DNA of 32,000 nucleotides from Candidatus Saccharimonas aalborgensis (GCF_000392435.1 NC_021219.1:900001-932000); one strand, 5' to 3'; counted from the stretch's first letter, positions 16,004-25,060 are shown. Made by a program: numbers and translations. Notes: generated by a model from the sequence alone, not told the origin.

Positions 16004-17680
16004 ATGCGCGAAAAATACTTTTTATACGCTCGCAAGAGTACAGACGTAGAGGACAAACAAGTTTTGTCCATTGAGGCGCAAATTGCCGAACTTCGGAAAT
16101 ACGCCAGAGATAACGGCTTGCAAATCGTAGACACCATTATTGAAAAACGCACCGCCAAAATACCAGGTCGCCCGAAGTTCGGATCAATGCTTGCTCGCAT
16201 TGAAGCTGGCGAAGCCAATGGCATTATTGCGTGGCACCCCGACAGATTGGCGCGTAACTCGGTGGACGGCGGACAAATTGTCTATTTGTTAGACCAAATG
16301 TGCCTACAGGTGTTAAAGTTCCCAACATTTTGGTTTGAGAATACCAGTCAGGGTAAGTTTATGCTGTCTATTGCGTTTGGACAGAGCAAGTATTATGTAG
16401 ACAATTTGTCTGAAAACACCAAGCGCGGTTTGCGCCAGAAAGTCAGGCGCGGCGAAATGCCCGGACTTGCACCGCTTGGTTACATAAATGATGTACGTAC
16501 CCGCACCATTGCTGTAGATAAACGGCGTGCGCCGCTGGTTGTATCGGCTTTTGAGTTATACAGTAAAGGCGACAAAGGCTTACAGGAAATTGCCGACTAT
16601 TTTGCAGATAACGGTATAAAAACCAGCGGTGGCTTGCCGCTGAAAAAAGACCAAATCAAATATATGCTGACAAATCCGTTTTACTACGGACATTTTAGAT
16701 ATGCTGGCGAAGTCTACGAGGGCAAGCATGCGACGATTATGTCCAAGAAACTGTTTGACGCGGTGCAATCCGTACTGGAACAGCGCGGACACAAGCGAAA
16801 AGGCGCAAATGCGCCACAAGCCTTGTGCGGCTTACTGACCTGCGGCGCGTGCAATATGGCGATTACTGCCGAGAAAAAGATAAAACACCAAAAGAATGGC
16901 AATATACACGAATATACCTATTACCGTTGCACGCGCAAAAGCAAAATTATGAAATGCACCGAGCCAGCTGTAACCGAACCGCAACTTGTGGCGCAATTAT
17001 CTGACATTTTGCAGGGCTACGCCCTGCCGAGTGCGTGGGCAAACACACTAAACAAAATGCTGAACGAGGACGAGAAAACAGCCGAGCGAACCACTGGCGC
17101 ATTTATAGCCCAAGCACAAGACAATGTGCGTAACTTGCAAGGCAAGTTACAGCGACTTCTTGACGGCTATTTAGACCAAGATATTGACCAGCCAACATAC
17201 AAAGCCAAACAAGCCGAACTGATGAGCGAAAAGAAGTCGCTGGACGAGCAAATTGGCAAGCTAACGCTTGCCGCTAATGCGTGGGTTGAACCTATGCGCC
17301 AGTGGCTAAAAATGGCTGTTTCTCTCAAGAAAATAGCAGAAAACGCCGAGCCGACAGCCATAAAAGCCACGTTTGCTGAAATTGACGGATTGAACCTCTT
17401 TTTATCTAAAAAACAAGCGCGGCTCCTGCCGCGCACCAATTCCAATTCCCCCCAAGAAAACATCTGGCTTGCGCTCTGCGCAACCAAAGAAAAAGCCGCC
17501 CAAATGGGCGACCAATTCCTAAAAAGTCCGAATTTGGCTGGGGTGGAGGGATTCGAACCCCCGAATGCATGGACCAAAACCATGTGCCTTACCACTTGGC
17601 GACACCCCATTATTGCAACAGCAAATTGCTTCAGCAGTATACCACGAGAGGCGTTACTATTGCTATCCCCCGCTGCTTAG
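16004..17680 (+). CDS. Large serine recombinase; native coding probably ends at 17539, remainder is antisense readthrough of tRNA-Gln
   Basis: YFLYARKSTDVEDKQVLSIEAQIAEL resolvase domain; recombinase domain; LCGLLTCGACNMAI / YTYYRCTRK zinc-ribbon motif; coiled-coil C-terminus. Residues after ...KSPNLA (GVEGFEPPNAWTKTMCLTTWRHP...) are antisense tRNA. Confidence 0.93.
   Translation: MREKYFLYARKSTDVEDKQVLSIEAQIAELRKYARDNGLQIVDTIIEKRTAKIPGRPKFGSMLARIEAGEANGIIAWHPDRLARNSVDGGQIVYLLDQMCLQVLKFPTFWFENTSQGKFMLSIAFGQSKYYVDNLSENTKRGLRQKVRRGEMPGLAPLGYINDVRTRTIAVDKRRAPLVVSAFELYSKGDKGLQEIADYFADNGIKTSGGLPLKKDQIKYMLTNPFYYGHFRYAGEVYEGKHATIMSKKLFDAVQSVLEQRGHKRKGANAPQALCGLLTCGACNMAITAEKKIKHQKNGNIHEYTYYRCTRKSKIMKCTEPAVTEPQLVAQLSDILQGYALPSAWANTLNKMLNEDEKTAERTTGAFIAQAQDNVRNLQGKLQRLLDGYLDQDIDQPTYKAKQAELMSEKKSLDEQIGKLTLAANAWVEPMRQWLKMAVSLKKIAENAEPTAIKATFAEIDGLNLFLSKKQARLLPRTNSNSPQENIWLALCATKEKAAQMGDQFLKSPNLAGVEGFEPPNAWTKTMCLTTWRHPIIATANCFSSIPREALLLLSPAA
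17488..17510 (-). terminator. Element-supplied terminator-like hairpin downstream of tRNA-Gln
   Basis: Minus strand CGCCC-ATTT-GGGCG-GCTTTTTC about 25 nt after the tRNA CCA end. Confidence 0.6.
17534..17539. other. attR core TTGGCT
   Basis: Overlaps the 3' CCA and discriminator of tRNA-Gln. Confidence 0.8.
17535..17609 (-). tRNA. tRNA-Gln, anticodon TTG, CCA encoded
   Basis: TGGGGTGTCGCCAAGTGGTAAGGCACATGGTTTTGGTCCATGCATTCGGGGGTTCGAATCCCTCCACCCCAGCCA; acceptor TGGGGTG/CACCCCA, T loop TTCGAAT, anticodon loop TTTTGGT. Confidence 0.96.
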
Positions 17681-17711
17681 CATATGCTATAGCTATAAAC
17701 GAGGAGGATGT

Positions 17712-17927
17712 ATGGTAAAAAAATATATGCACGAGAGGCCTGTCCAAAAATCAGGTAATTTTCTGAGAACCTTGTTGATCTGGCTCGGTATCTTGATCGG
17801 TATAGCGACATTTGTCGTTGAATACGTTTGGCCTGGCAATGAAAAGGTAGTCCTCTACTTGTTCGCCATGTTGGCGGTAGTATATGGTGTGGTGTTGCTT
17901 GATTTTGATGTTGATGACGATGATTAA
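17712..17927 (+). CDS. Small membrane protein (71 aa)
   Basis: MVKKYMHERPVQKSGNFLRTLLIWLGILIGIATFVVEYVWPGNEKVVLYLFAMLAVVYGVVLLDFDVDDDD; two TM segments, SD GAGGAGG. Confidence 0.6.
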   Translation: MVKKYMHERPVQKSGNFLRTLLIWLGILIGIATFVVEYVWPGNEKVVLYLFAMLAVVYGVVLLDFDVDDDD

Positions 17928-17994
17928 TTAACTACCTATAGTGTTCGTTTTGACCTGCTTTTGCTTTTGATTTGCACGTCTGACGCGTACAATA

Positions 17995-19569
17995 ATGACA
18001 ATAGCGAGAGGAGCGTTGCGAGTGACTAAAGAAACCTTTAGGGAGCGAAATTGGGATATTATTCAGGGTGGTATGGGGGTGGCTGTCTCTGATTATCGGC
18101 TGGCACGAGCTACTGGACGCAGTACGGTCGGTGTTATCTCGGGTACGGCGATTGCTGAGGTGCTTTCGCGGCGATTACAAGATGGCGACCCCACCGGCGA
18201 GATGCGCGAGGCTTTGGCGACATTCCCCAATCAAGCGATTGCCGACCGTGCACTCAGATTGTTTTTTCAGGAAGGCGGTGAACGACCAGAGGGTCAGTCA
18301 CTCTGGTATCGTCAATTGTCAATGTTCAATCACAACACACGTGAGACCAGCATTACAGTCGATATGACGGTGCTAGGAGCATACGCCGAGGCCTATCTGG
18401 CGCGTATCGGTGCTGGCCCCAATGGCAAGACTGGGCTCAATCTCCTGACGAAACTCGATCGACCAAATATGCACGTGCTCGCTGGCGCAATGATGGGTGG
18501 TATCGATGTGGCCATCATGGGTGCCGGCATACCCGATCAGATACCAGAGCTGATTCATAAGATCAAACATAATCAAGGCGAGCCGATTTTGCATGGTATT
18601 CATACACAGGGTCAGGGGCCGAGTCGGTTTGCGATGCCGCTCGATCTCGGTCGGTACGCGCCTGACCTTGATACAATGAATCATCCGGCATTTCTCGCGA
18701 TTATTACTCATCATGATCTGGCGCGTCGCATGAGCGAACAAGAATTTGCTCCCGACGGCTATGTCATCGAGGCGCCAACAGCGGGTGGTCACAATGCGCC
18801 GCCGCGCGGCAGTGCCAAAAACGAGCGCGGCGAACCGGTTTACACCGAGCAAGATCTTGCCGACCTCAGTCAGATGCTCGAAATGGGATTAACATTTTGG
18901 CTAGCTGGCCAGCGCGGAACCCACGAGGATTATGAAGATGCACTTCTGTCTGGCGCGCGCGGCGTGCAGGTGGGTACCGCCTTTGCGCTCGCTCAGGAGT
19001 CGGGATGGGATCCTGAGCTGAAACGGCGAATTATCGATGAAATTGCGAGTGAAAGTGGCCTTGATGTCTACACTGATCCCAACGCTTCGCCGTCTGGTTT
19101 CCCTATCAAAGTGGGACGAGTACCTGGCACGGTGAGCGATGCCGACGTATATCCTGCTCGCAAGCGGATTTGCGACATCGGACACCTGCGTACCGCGCAT
19201 CACGGAGTTGATGCTCACGGAAAGCCGACTATCGGGTATCAGTGTACTGCCGAACCCATGGAAGATTATCTACGAAAAGTTGGTGCCGCTGAGTTGCCGC
19301 CAGAGCATCCCAAGCGTCGTGTGGCGATGATGCGGACTGATGGCAGTGTATGTCTCTGTAATGCGCTTCTCGCCGCGGCAGGCTTTCCGCAGGTACGTGA
19401 CGGGATAGCAGAGCCCGCTATGGTGACCATTGGCGATGATGCAAATCGCTTCCTGCACCTCATCAATACTGATGAATCGGGCCACTTCGATCCCTATAAG
19501 CCCGTCACGGCTGAGCGCGTACTGCACTTTATTCGTACTGGCGAAAAAGACCTTGATTACGGTATTTGA
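17995..19569 (+). CDS. Nitronate monooxygenase-like / NPD-family FMN-dependent protein
   Basis: 524 aa; IIQGGMGVAVSDYRLARA, GAGIPDQIPELI, IEAPTAGGHNAPP, GARGVQVGTAFALAQESG. Confidence 0.8.
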   Translation: MTIARGALRVTKETFRERNWDIIQGGMGVAVSDYRLARATGRSTVGVISGTAIAEVLSRRLQDGDPTGEMREALATFPNQAIADRALRLFFQEGGERPEGQSLWYRQLSMFNHNTRETSITVDMTVLGAYAEAYLARIGAGPNGKTGLNLLTKLDRPNMHVLAGAMMGGIDVAIMGAGIPDQIPELIHKIKHNQGEPILHGIHTQGQGPSRFAMPLDLGRYAPDLDTMNHPAFLAIITHHDLARRMSEQEFAPDGYVIEAPTAGGHNAPPRGSAKNERGEPVYTEQDLADLSQMLEMGLTFWLAGQRGTHEDYEDALLSGARGVQVGTAFALAQESGWDPELKRRIIDEIASESGLDVYTDPNASPSGFPIKVGRVPGTVSDADVYPARKRICDIGHLRTAHHGVDAHGKPTIGYQCTAEPMEDYLRKVGAAELPPEHPKRRVAMMRTDGSVCLCNALLAAAGFPQVRDGIAEPAMVTIGDDANRFLHLINTDESGHFDPYKPVTAERVLHFIRTGEKDLDYGI

Positions 19570-19602
19570 CAGAGGTAGTATTACGGCGTAAGCTAAAGCT
19601 AT

Positions 19603-21657
19603 ATGTCACGATTCTTTTTGCCTAGTTTTGAGGGCTATAAGAGGCGGTATGTCAAATCTGACTTACTGGCGGCACTTGTCGTCACTGCCATCGCGGTACC
19701 TGAATCACTCGGCTTTGCTGCTATCGTTGGGTTGCCACCACAGGCTGGACTCTATAGTGCGCTTTTTGCACCCATCGTCTTTGCTATTTTCGCCCACACC
19801 AGACGTCTTGTGGTCGGGGCCGACTCAGCAACGGCGGCGCTTGTGGCGTCGGGTGCCGGTCTGGTGGCTGCCGCCGGAAGCCCCGACTATACCAATGCTA
19901 TTGTCCTCCTGGGGTTATTGACAGCGGTCTTGCTGATACTGATGGGTGTCAGCAAACTCGGTTTTTTGGCAGATTTGATTTCGCGCCCCGTGCTAGTGGG
20001 TTTTTTGGCTGGTGTCGGTGTGCAATTGATACTTGGTAAACTTCCGGAAATGCTCGGTATTGAGCAGTCTGGCAATTTACTGCAAAAAATAACAGGGATC
20101 ATCGCTCACGCGGGAACGATTAATACTATGACAGTAACCATCTCGGTGCTTGTGGTAGGACTTATTCTCATCCTTAGGCATACGCGCTACCCGGCAGAGT
20201 TGTTGGCCTTGGTTGCGGCAACGATACTCAGCAGTAGTTTTGCTGTCGCTGCCTACGGCGTCAAACTGGTTGGTGCGCTGCCTGCTGGTTTACCGACGCT
20301 GACAGTTCCTCAATTTACACCAGGACTCATCATGACACTGTTTCCGGCAGCACTGGCTATCGCGCTGGTTATTTTGGCGCAAAGTTCGGCAGTCATCCGT
20401 TCGCAGGCTGCTGAGCATGATGACAAAATACGACTTAACACCGATCTCATTAGTCTTGGATTTGCTAACGCAGTCTCGGCACTTACGCGCGGATTCGCTA
20501 TCAACGGTAGCCCGCCGCGTTCTCAGGCTGCCGATATGGCGGGCGGCAAAACGCAGCTGGTCAATGTTTACATGAGTATCCTGATCGGGCTTCTCTTGCT
20601 CTTTGGATCGACACTCTTTGTCCATATGCCGGTTGCTGCTCTGGCTTCAGTTGTTTGCATGGTCGGTTTTCACTTGATTCGCGTACAAGAGCTAGTCTAT
20701 ATTTGGCGAGCACATCGCACCGAGTTTTTCATCGCAATGATTGCGCTTGTCGGTGTGGCGCTCCTAGGGGTACAGCAAGGTGTGTTGATTGCGGTGATTG
20801 TATCATTGATGGAACGCCTCAGCCGTCAGTATCGACCGAAGGACGATATTTTGCTTCGTGATGGCAAATTGTCAGACTGGGCCCAACAGCGAATTGATTC
20901 TCACCATCGCTTTCGGTCGAGCCCCGATGGGCTACTCGTCTATAGTTTTGATGGCTCGCTCTTTTTTGAGAATATCAGCTATTTCGTATCACGTCTCAAG
21001 GCGGCCATCAGGACCGCAAAAGAACCTGTCCGCCAAGTAATTGTTGATGCGGGTGCGATTGAGAGTATTGATTATACTGCTGTCGAGGCCATGAAACAGC
21101 TTCATCGTCACCTGGGTATCGACAATATAACGCTCGGTTTCGCCCACGTTTCGCCGCAGCTCCGAACGCAGTTTGATGAGTATGGAATGACAAATCTACT
21201 TGGTAAAGAACAGATATTTCCGACCCTCAATGCGGCTATTGAAGCGCATCCAGGAGCAACGAGGTCAGTGGTCGAAATGGTCAAACGGCTCGAACTCAAC
21301 TCCGATCACTACGTCGTGATTGGTGGTGGCGTCATGGAAGTGCTAGGGTTGCGCACAACCCGTGATACCGACCTTGTCGTGAATGACGATATATACCGAT
21401 TTTACCGTGACGAAAAAGGATGGAAGGAATACGTCCAGGATAATGGCAAAAAGATCCTTTCGCACAACGGCTACAACCTCATGCGGTCGTGGATGGGGCG
21501 CGACCTAAAAGCACTCAAGAAAGATGCATTCCAAAAGGATGACGTATCGTTTATGAGTGTCAAGCAATTGATCGAATGCAAGCATCATCTTGGCCGCAAA
21601 AAAGACTTTGCCGACATCGAGCTACTCAATTCATCTCACCACAGGCGTGAACGATAG
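19603..21657 (+). CDS. SulP-family transporter with STAS domain and C-terminal nucleotidyltransferase-like extension
   Basis: ALVVTAIAVPESLGFAAIVGLPPQAGLYSALFAPIVFAIF (SulP); EPVRQVIVDAGAIESIDYTAVEAMKQL (STAS); ...VVIGGGVMEVLGLRTTRDTDLVVND... (extension). Confidence 0.88.
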   Translation: MSRFFLPSFEGYKRRYVKSDLLAALVVTAIAVPESLGFAAIVGLPPQAGLYSALFAPIVFAIFAHTRRLVVGADSATAALVASGAGLVAAAGSPDYTNAIVLLGLLTAVLLILMGVSKLGFLADLISRPVLVGFLAGVGVQLILGKLPEMLGIEQSGNLLQKITGIIAHAGTINTMTVTISVLVVGLILILRHTRYPAELLALVAATILSSSFAVAAYGVKLVGALPAGLPTLTVPQFTPGLIMTLFPAALAIALVILAQSSAVIRSQAAEHDDKIRLNTDLISLGFANAVSALTRGFAINGSPPRSQAADMAGGKTQLVNVYMSILIGLLLLFGSTLFVHMPVAALASVVCMVGFHLIRVQELVYIWRAHRTEFFIAMIALVGVALLGVQQGVLIAVIVSLMERLSRQYRPKDDILLRDGKLSDWAQQRIDSHHRFRSSPDGLLVYSFDGSLFFENISYFVSRLKAAIRTAKEPVRQVIVDAGAIESIDYTAVEAMKQLHRHLGIDNITLGFAHVSPQLRTQFDEYGMTNLLGKEQIFPTLNAAIEAHPGATRSVVEMVKRLELNSDHYVVIGGGVMEVLGLRTTRDTDLVVNDDIYRFYRDEKGWKEYVQDNGKKILSHNGYNLMRSWMGRDLKALKKDAFQKDDVSFMSVKQLIECKHHLGRKKDFADIELLNSSHHRRER

Positions 21658-22442
21658 CGACTAAGCATGTCGATAATTGGCGGCAGAGGATGGTGCGCAA
21701 CCAGCGTTGTCGGATCAGTTGTCTTATATACGGCATCGTAAGCTGATTTCGTACATTCTGATAGCACAGTGGTCTCTCTTGGTGGCAGGTGGCGATTGAA
21801 TCGATCGGCCTCTTTTATGGGGGGCAATAGCCCTACCGCGTGAGCAACGCCAGATACAAATGCATGAGTGTCTCGCGAAATATACTGTATCGATATTCCT
21901 TGCTGTTTGGCATGAGCCAGTGACTTGTGAATTGAGGGATATGGTACGACATCACCTAGGATGAGTCCCAAAAACTCTGCTTGATGAACTGATGCTGCAG
22001 CGAGGTCGGCAGTGTGCGTTAGGTGAGCTACCGCTTCAACACGACTGCCTCTAATATGATGTTGGCGGGCGGTCAACATAACGCGCTCTCGTTCGTTTTC
22101 AGTGAGTGATGTCGCTAGGAGGATGGTGTCAACATCGCCAAAAAGGATACTCGCAAACGTATCTCCGTCATGCCGGGTATAGGCAGAAATACTGCCATGA
22201 TGACTCACGATGATAGAGGAATCCTTTGTACTTTCCCATTGCTTACGTTTGGTGAATGCCTGTCGAATTGCATCAAGCCGTTGGGGATGAATAGTCCAAA
22301 AAGAGGACTCAGATAGGTTTATCGTAACAAGGTTTTCGGTATCGACAATGATTGTGGCGATGCTTTTCACCTGCTTTTTTCGCGCGCCCCTACCACCTAT
22401 GTGAGGAGGAAAGTAATACTCAAATAGTTCGGCACTAGTCAT
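21636..22442 (-). CDS. Conserved-looking hypothetical protein
   Basis: 268-aa ORF, convergent overlap with SulP ORF; family not recognised. Confidence 0.5.
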   Translation of the reverse strand: MTSAELFEYYFPPHIGGRGARKKQVKSIATIIVDTENLVTINLSESSFWTIHPQRLDAIRQAFTKRKQWESTKDSSIIVSHHGSISAYTRHDGDTFASILFGDVDTILLATSLTENERERVMLTARQHHIRGSRVEAVAHLTHTADLAAASVHQAEFLGLILGDVVPYPSIHKSLAHAKQQGISIQYISRDTHAFVSGVAHAVGLLPPIKEADRFNRHLPPRETTVLSECTKSAYDAVYKTTDPTTLVAHHPLPPIIDMLSRYRSRLW

Positions 22443-22500
22443 AGAGGTAGTATAGCATAAGCAGGTTGCACCGATTCGGCCGGTAGTCTACACTTAGGTC

Positions 22501-22701
22501 ATGGCTACAAAATCAACCTCAAAGAAATCCACTCCCTCAAGGAAAGTATCAGCAGCCAAGAAGGCGCCCCAGAAAAAGCCTGTTTCGCGCCCAGTTGTTT
22601 CTGACAAGGTTGACTATTATCCCAACCGCATGACGGTAGCTATCTCCATGCTGGCCGGCAGCCTCCTCGTACTATTGGCGCTGATTGCCGTATTGACGTA
22701 G
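22501..22701 (+). CDS. Small Lys/Ala/Pro-rich protein with one C-terminal TM segment
   Basis: MATKSTSKKSTPSRKVSAAKKAPQKKPVSRPVVSDKVDYYPNRMTVAISMLAGSLLVLLALIAVLT. Confidence 0.5.
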   Translation: MATKSTSKKSTPSRKVSAAKKAPQKKPVSRPVVSDKVDYYPNRMTVAISMLAGSLLVLLALIAVLT

Positions 22702-22746
22702 TCCAGCAATAATTAAGAGTTATTCGCATCTCACTACCAACGGTGG

Positions 22747-22752
22747 TATAAT
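22747..22752 (+). promoter_or_regulatory. Extended -10 (TGGTATAAT) immediately upstream of AI-2E permease start
   Basis: TATAAT 22747-22752, ATG at 22760; predicted transcript leaderless. Confidence 0.55.
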
Positions 22753-22759
22753 CATAGGC

Positions 22760-23893
22760 ATGAAAGTTCGTATCGAGATTGACACAAAAACATTTGTACG
22801 GTTTTGGCTCGTAGTAATTGGGTTTGCATTCGCCATCCTCGCTCTCTATAGCGCTCGCATGCCGCTATTTATTATCGGAACAGCTCTATTTTTGGCGTTG
22901 GCACTAAATGGCCCAGTCTCATGGATGGCGCGCCGCTTGCCTGATCGGAGTCGAACACTTAGCACAGCGATAGCTTTTATGGCGGTGATCGGCATGCTGG
23001 CAGTAGTCGTGTTTTTGGTGGTGCCACCTATCGTCCAACAGACAGCAAAGTTCATTGATTCGGCACCAACACTAGTCAGAGAGATGTCAAATCAATGGCG
23101 CGGGCTTGGTAATTTGATCGAAAAATACCATATTCAGCCTCAAATTGATCAGGCCGTTGCGGCGATTCAAGCAGATGCAGGACGTTTTGCGAGAGATCTC
23201 GGCGGCAATTTTATATCAGGCATTGGTTCGGCATTTGGCTGGATGATGGCGGCTACTCTCACGCTCGTCTTGACGTTTTTGATGTTGATCGAAGGCCCAA
23301 CGTGGCTGAACCGATTGTGGTCGGTTTATAAGGATGACAAAAAAATCACTTCGCATAAGCGTCTTCTTGGTAAAATGCACGCGGTCGTGGAAGGCTACGT
23401 AGGTGGGCAGTTGACGGTATCTGGCATTGATGGATTGTTCGCGGGACTGACAGTGTTTATTTTGAGCCAGTTTTTTCCTGAAGTACCTTCAAATCTAGCG
23501 CTGCCGACCGTTGCGATGCTTTTTACGCTTTCACTTATTCCCCTCTTCGGTGCACCGATCGGAGCTATGATCATCACCCTGCTTCTTCTCATCAATAGCG
23601 TGCCAGCGGCAGTTATCTTTGCTATTTACTTCCTCATTTACTCACAGATAGAGGGAAACTTCATCGCACCTACCATCCAATCGCGGCGGATTGAGCTTTC
23701 GCCGCTGGCGATTTTGGCCGCCGTTACTATCGGTATTTATGTCTTTGGCATTACTGGAGCGATTATCTCTATCCCCGTGGCGGGCTGTATCAAAGTGCTC
23801 GTCGAAGATTATTTGGAGCGTTCACGAGATCACCAAAAGCAGCAGCAAAAACCACTCGTCAAATTGGCAAAAAAGCTCAGTGGCGAGGATTAG
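22760..23893 (+). CDS. AI-2E family transporter (PerM-like permease)
   Basis: 377 aa; VVFLVVPPIVQQTAKFIDSAPTLV..., VEGYVGGQLTVSGIDGLFAG, NFIAPTIQSRRIELSPLAILAAV. Confidence 0.88.
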   Translation: MKVRIEIDTKTFVRFWLVVIGFAFAILALYSARMPLFIIGTALFLALALNGPVSWMARRLPDRSRTLSTAIAFMAVIGMLAVVVFLVVPPIVQQTAKFIDSAPTLVREMSNQWRGLGNLIEKYHIQPQIDQAVAAIQADAGRFARDLGGNFISGIGSAFGWMMAATLTLVLTFLMLIEGPTWLNRLWSVYKDDKKITSHKRLLGKMHAVVEGYVGGQLTVSGIDGLFAGLTVFILSQFFPEVPSNLALPTVAMLFTLSLIPLFGAPIGAMIITLLLLINSVPAAVIFAIYFLIYSQIEGNFIAPTIQSRRIELSPLAILAAVTIGIYVFGITGAIISIPVAGCIKVLVEDYLERSRDHQKQQQKPLVKLAKKLSGED

Positions 23894-25060
23894 CTACTCG
23901 GCGACGAACGCCGCACTAGCTTGTATCCTATAAGGCTCATGAGTACAACGACCGTGATGAGCCACGACATAGCCACATTTGCCTGAGTGATACCCTGGCC
24001 GAGAGAAAATACTATTGAACCACCAAATAAGCGGGATTGCTGCAGCGTTGGCTGCGAAGCTGACTGTCGAAAAGACACTGGCGCGTACCTTGCTGGGGGT
24101 GTGGTGTTGGATTGCGGCGTCAGCAATCGTTTCCAAAAGACCAGTAATCGCATAAATAACGATGAATAAGCCGATACCAACCCATGACTGTATAAGGGCG
24201 AAAGCAACCAAAAAGATGATGAATACGAATGAGATGTGCGCAATACGGTTTTTGACCCAGTGCGATGTAAACTGCGCCAGACCTGAGATGAGTGCCGTGA
24301 GTGCCCAAAGTAACCCGAGTACAGCGGCACTGACCCCAAAGGAAAGAATGTACACCTGGCCAAATTCGCCGACCGTCAACCAAAACGCGTTGGCTGCAAA
24401 AAATATCAATCCAAGAACCCAAATAATTGGACGTGATGCAATCACGGTGATGATATCTTTTGCATGAGCACGCCAGCCACTGAGCTCGCTCTCCTTGTGA
24501 CGTGACGGTTCGCGTAGTGTCATGATGGTCGCAAGTGCGACAAGAGCTGGCAAAATCGACAGTAGATACGGCACACGGAGGTTTGAGTATTCGGCGATGA
24601 TACCACTGAGTGCATTAGCAACACCTGCTCCCAGTAGAAAGAGCGCGCTGGCTTGGCCCATATAGCGTGCATAACGTCGTTCACGACCCTCTGACAACAA
24701 GTGATCATACAAAAAGGCCTGGAAGGCGCCGTTTTGAAATGCCGTGTAGAGTGCATAGAATGCCGCGCCGATACCATAGACTAGGAGTGAAGGACTGATT
24801 GCCAGGATGCAGAGTGATAAAAGTTGAAAGAGACTGGCGGTGATGAGAGCGCGTTTGCGTCCGATGCGATCGGCGATAATACCGCTCGGGATATCAGATA
24901 AGAGAAACGTCACAGCCCATACCGTAGTGACAACGGCGCGAGCCGACGGGTCCTGGAGGATATTGTCAAGAAAGAGCTGTTCGATCCCATACCAAAACAT
25001 CAGCCCAAAACAAAAATAGATAAGTCGCAGGCGACCTAGTGCCCCTAGGCCCATTGCCAT
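23894..25060 (-). CDS. MFS transporter
   Basis: 388 aa; AVTFLLSDIPSGIIADRIGRKRALITASLFQ motif A, 10-12 TM segments. Confidence 0.85.
   Translation of the reverse strand: MAMGLGALGRLRLIYFCFGLMFWYGIEQLFLDNILQDPSARAVVTTVWAVTFLLSDIPSGIIADRIGRKRALITASLFQLLSLCILAISPSLLVYGIGAAFYALYTAFQNGAFQAFLYDHLLSEGRERRYARYMGQASALFLLGAGVANALSGIIAEYSNLRVPYLLSILPALVALATIMTLREPSRHKESELSGWRAHAKDIITVIASRPIIWVLGLIFFAANAFWLTVGEFGQVYILSFGVSAAVLGLLWALTALISGLAQFTSHWVKNRIAHISFVFIIFLVAFALIQSWVGIGLFIVIYAITGLLETIADAAIQHHTPSKVRASVFSTVSFAANAAAIPLIWWFNSIFSRPGYHSGKCGYVVAHHGRCTHEPYRIQASAAFVAE

Larger units (their letters stand above)
14354..17539. mobile_element. Serine-recombinase integrative element inserted at tRNA-Gln; predicted circle 3,180 bp
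   Basis: TTGGCT direct repeat at 14354-14359 and 17534-17539; right core is the tRNA 3' CCA end; large serine recombinase ends at the right junction; joining the ends restores a plausible full-length recombinase C-terminus; an intact joined copy exists internally. Confidence 0.9.
17405..17539 (+). repeat. Inverted repeat arm b' (right end, recombinase 3' coding region)
   Basis: Reverse complement of 15716-15852 apart from homopolymer-length differences. Confidence 0.95.

Noticed and set aside
17540-17680. C-terminal 46 aa of the 558-aa recombinase ORF (GVEGFEPPNAWTKT...)
   Set aside because: It is the antisense translation of tRNA-Gln and downstream intergenic DNA, a common readthrough artefact, not a conserved protein domain.
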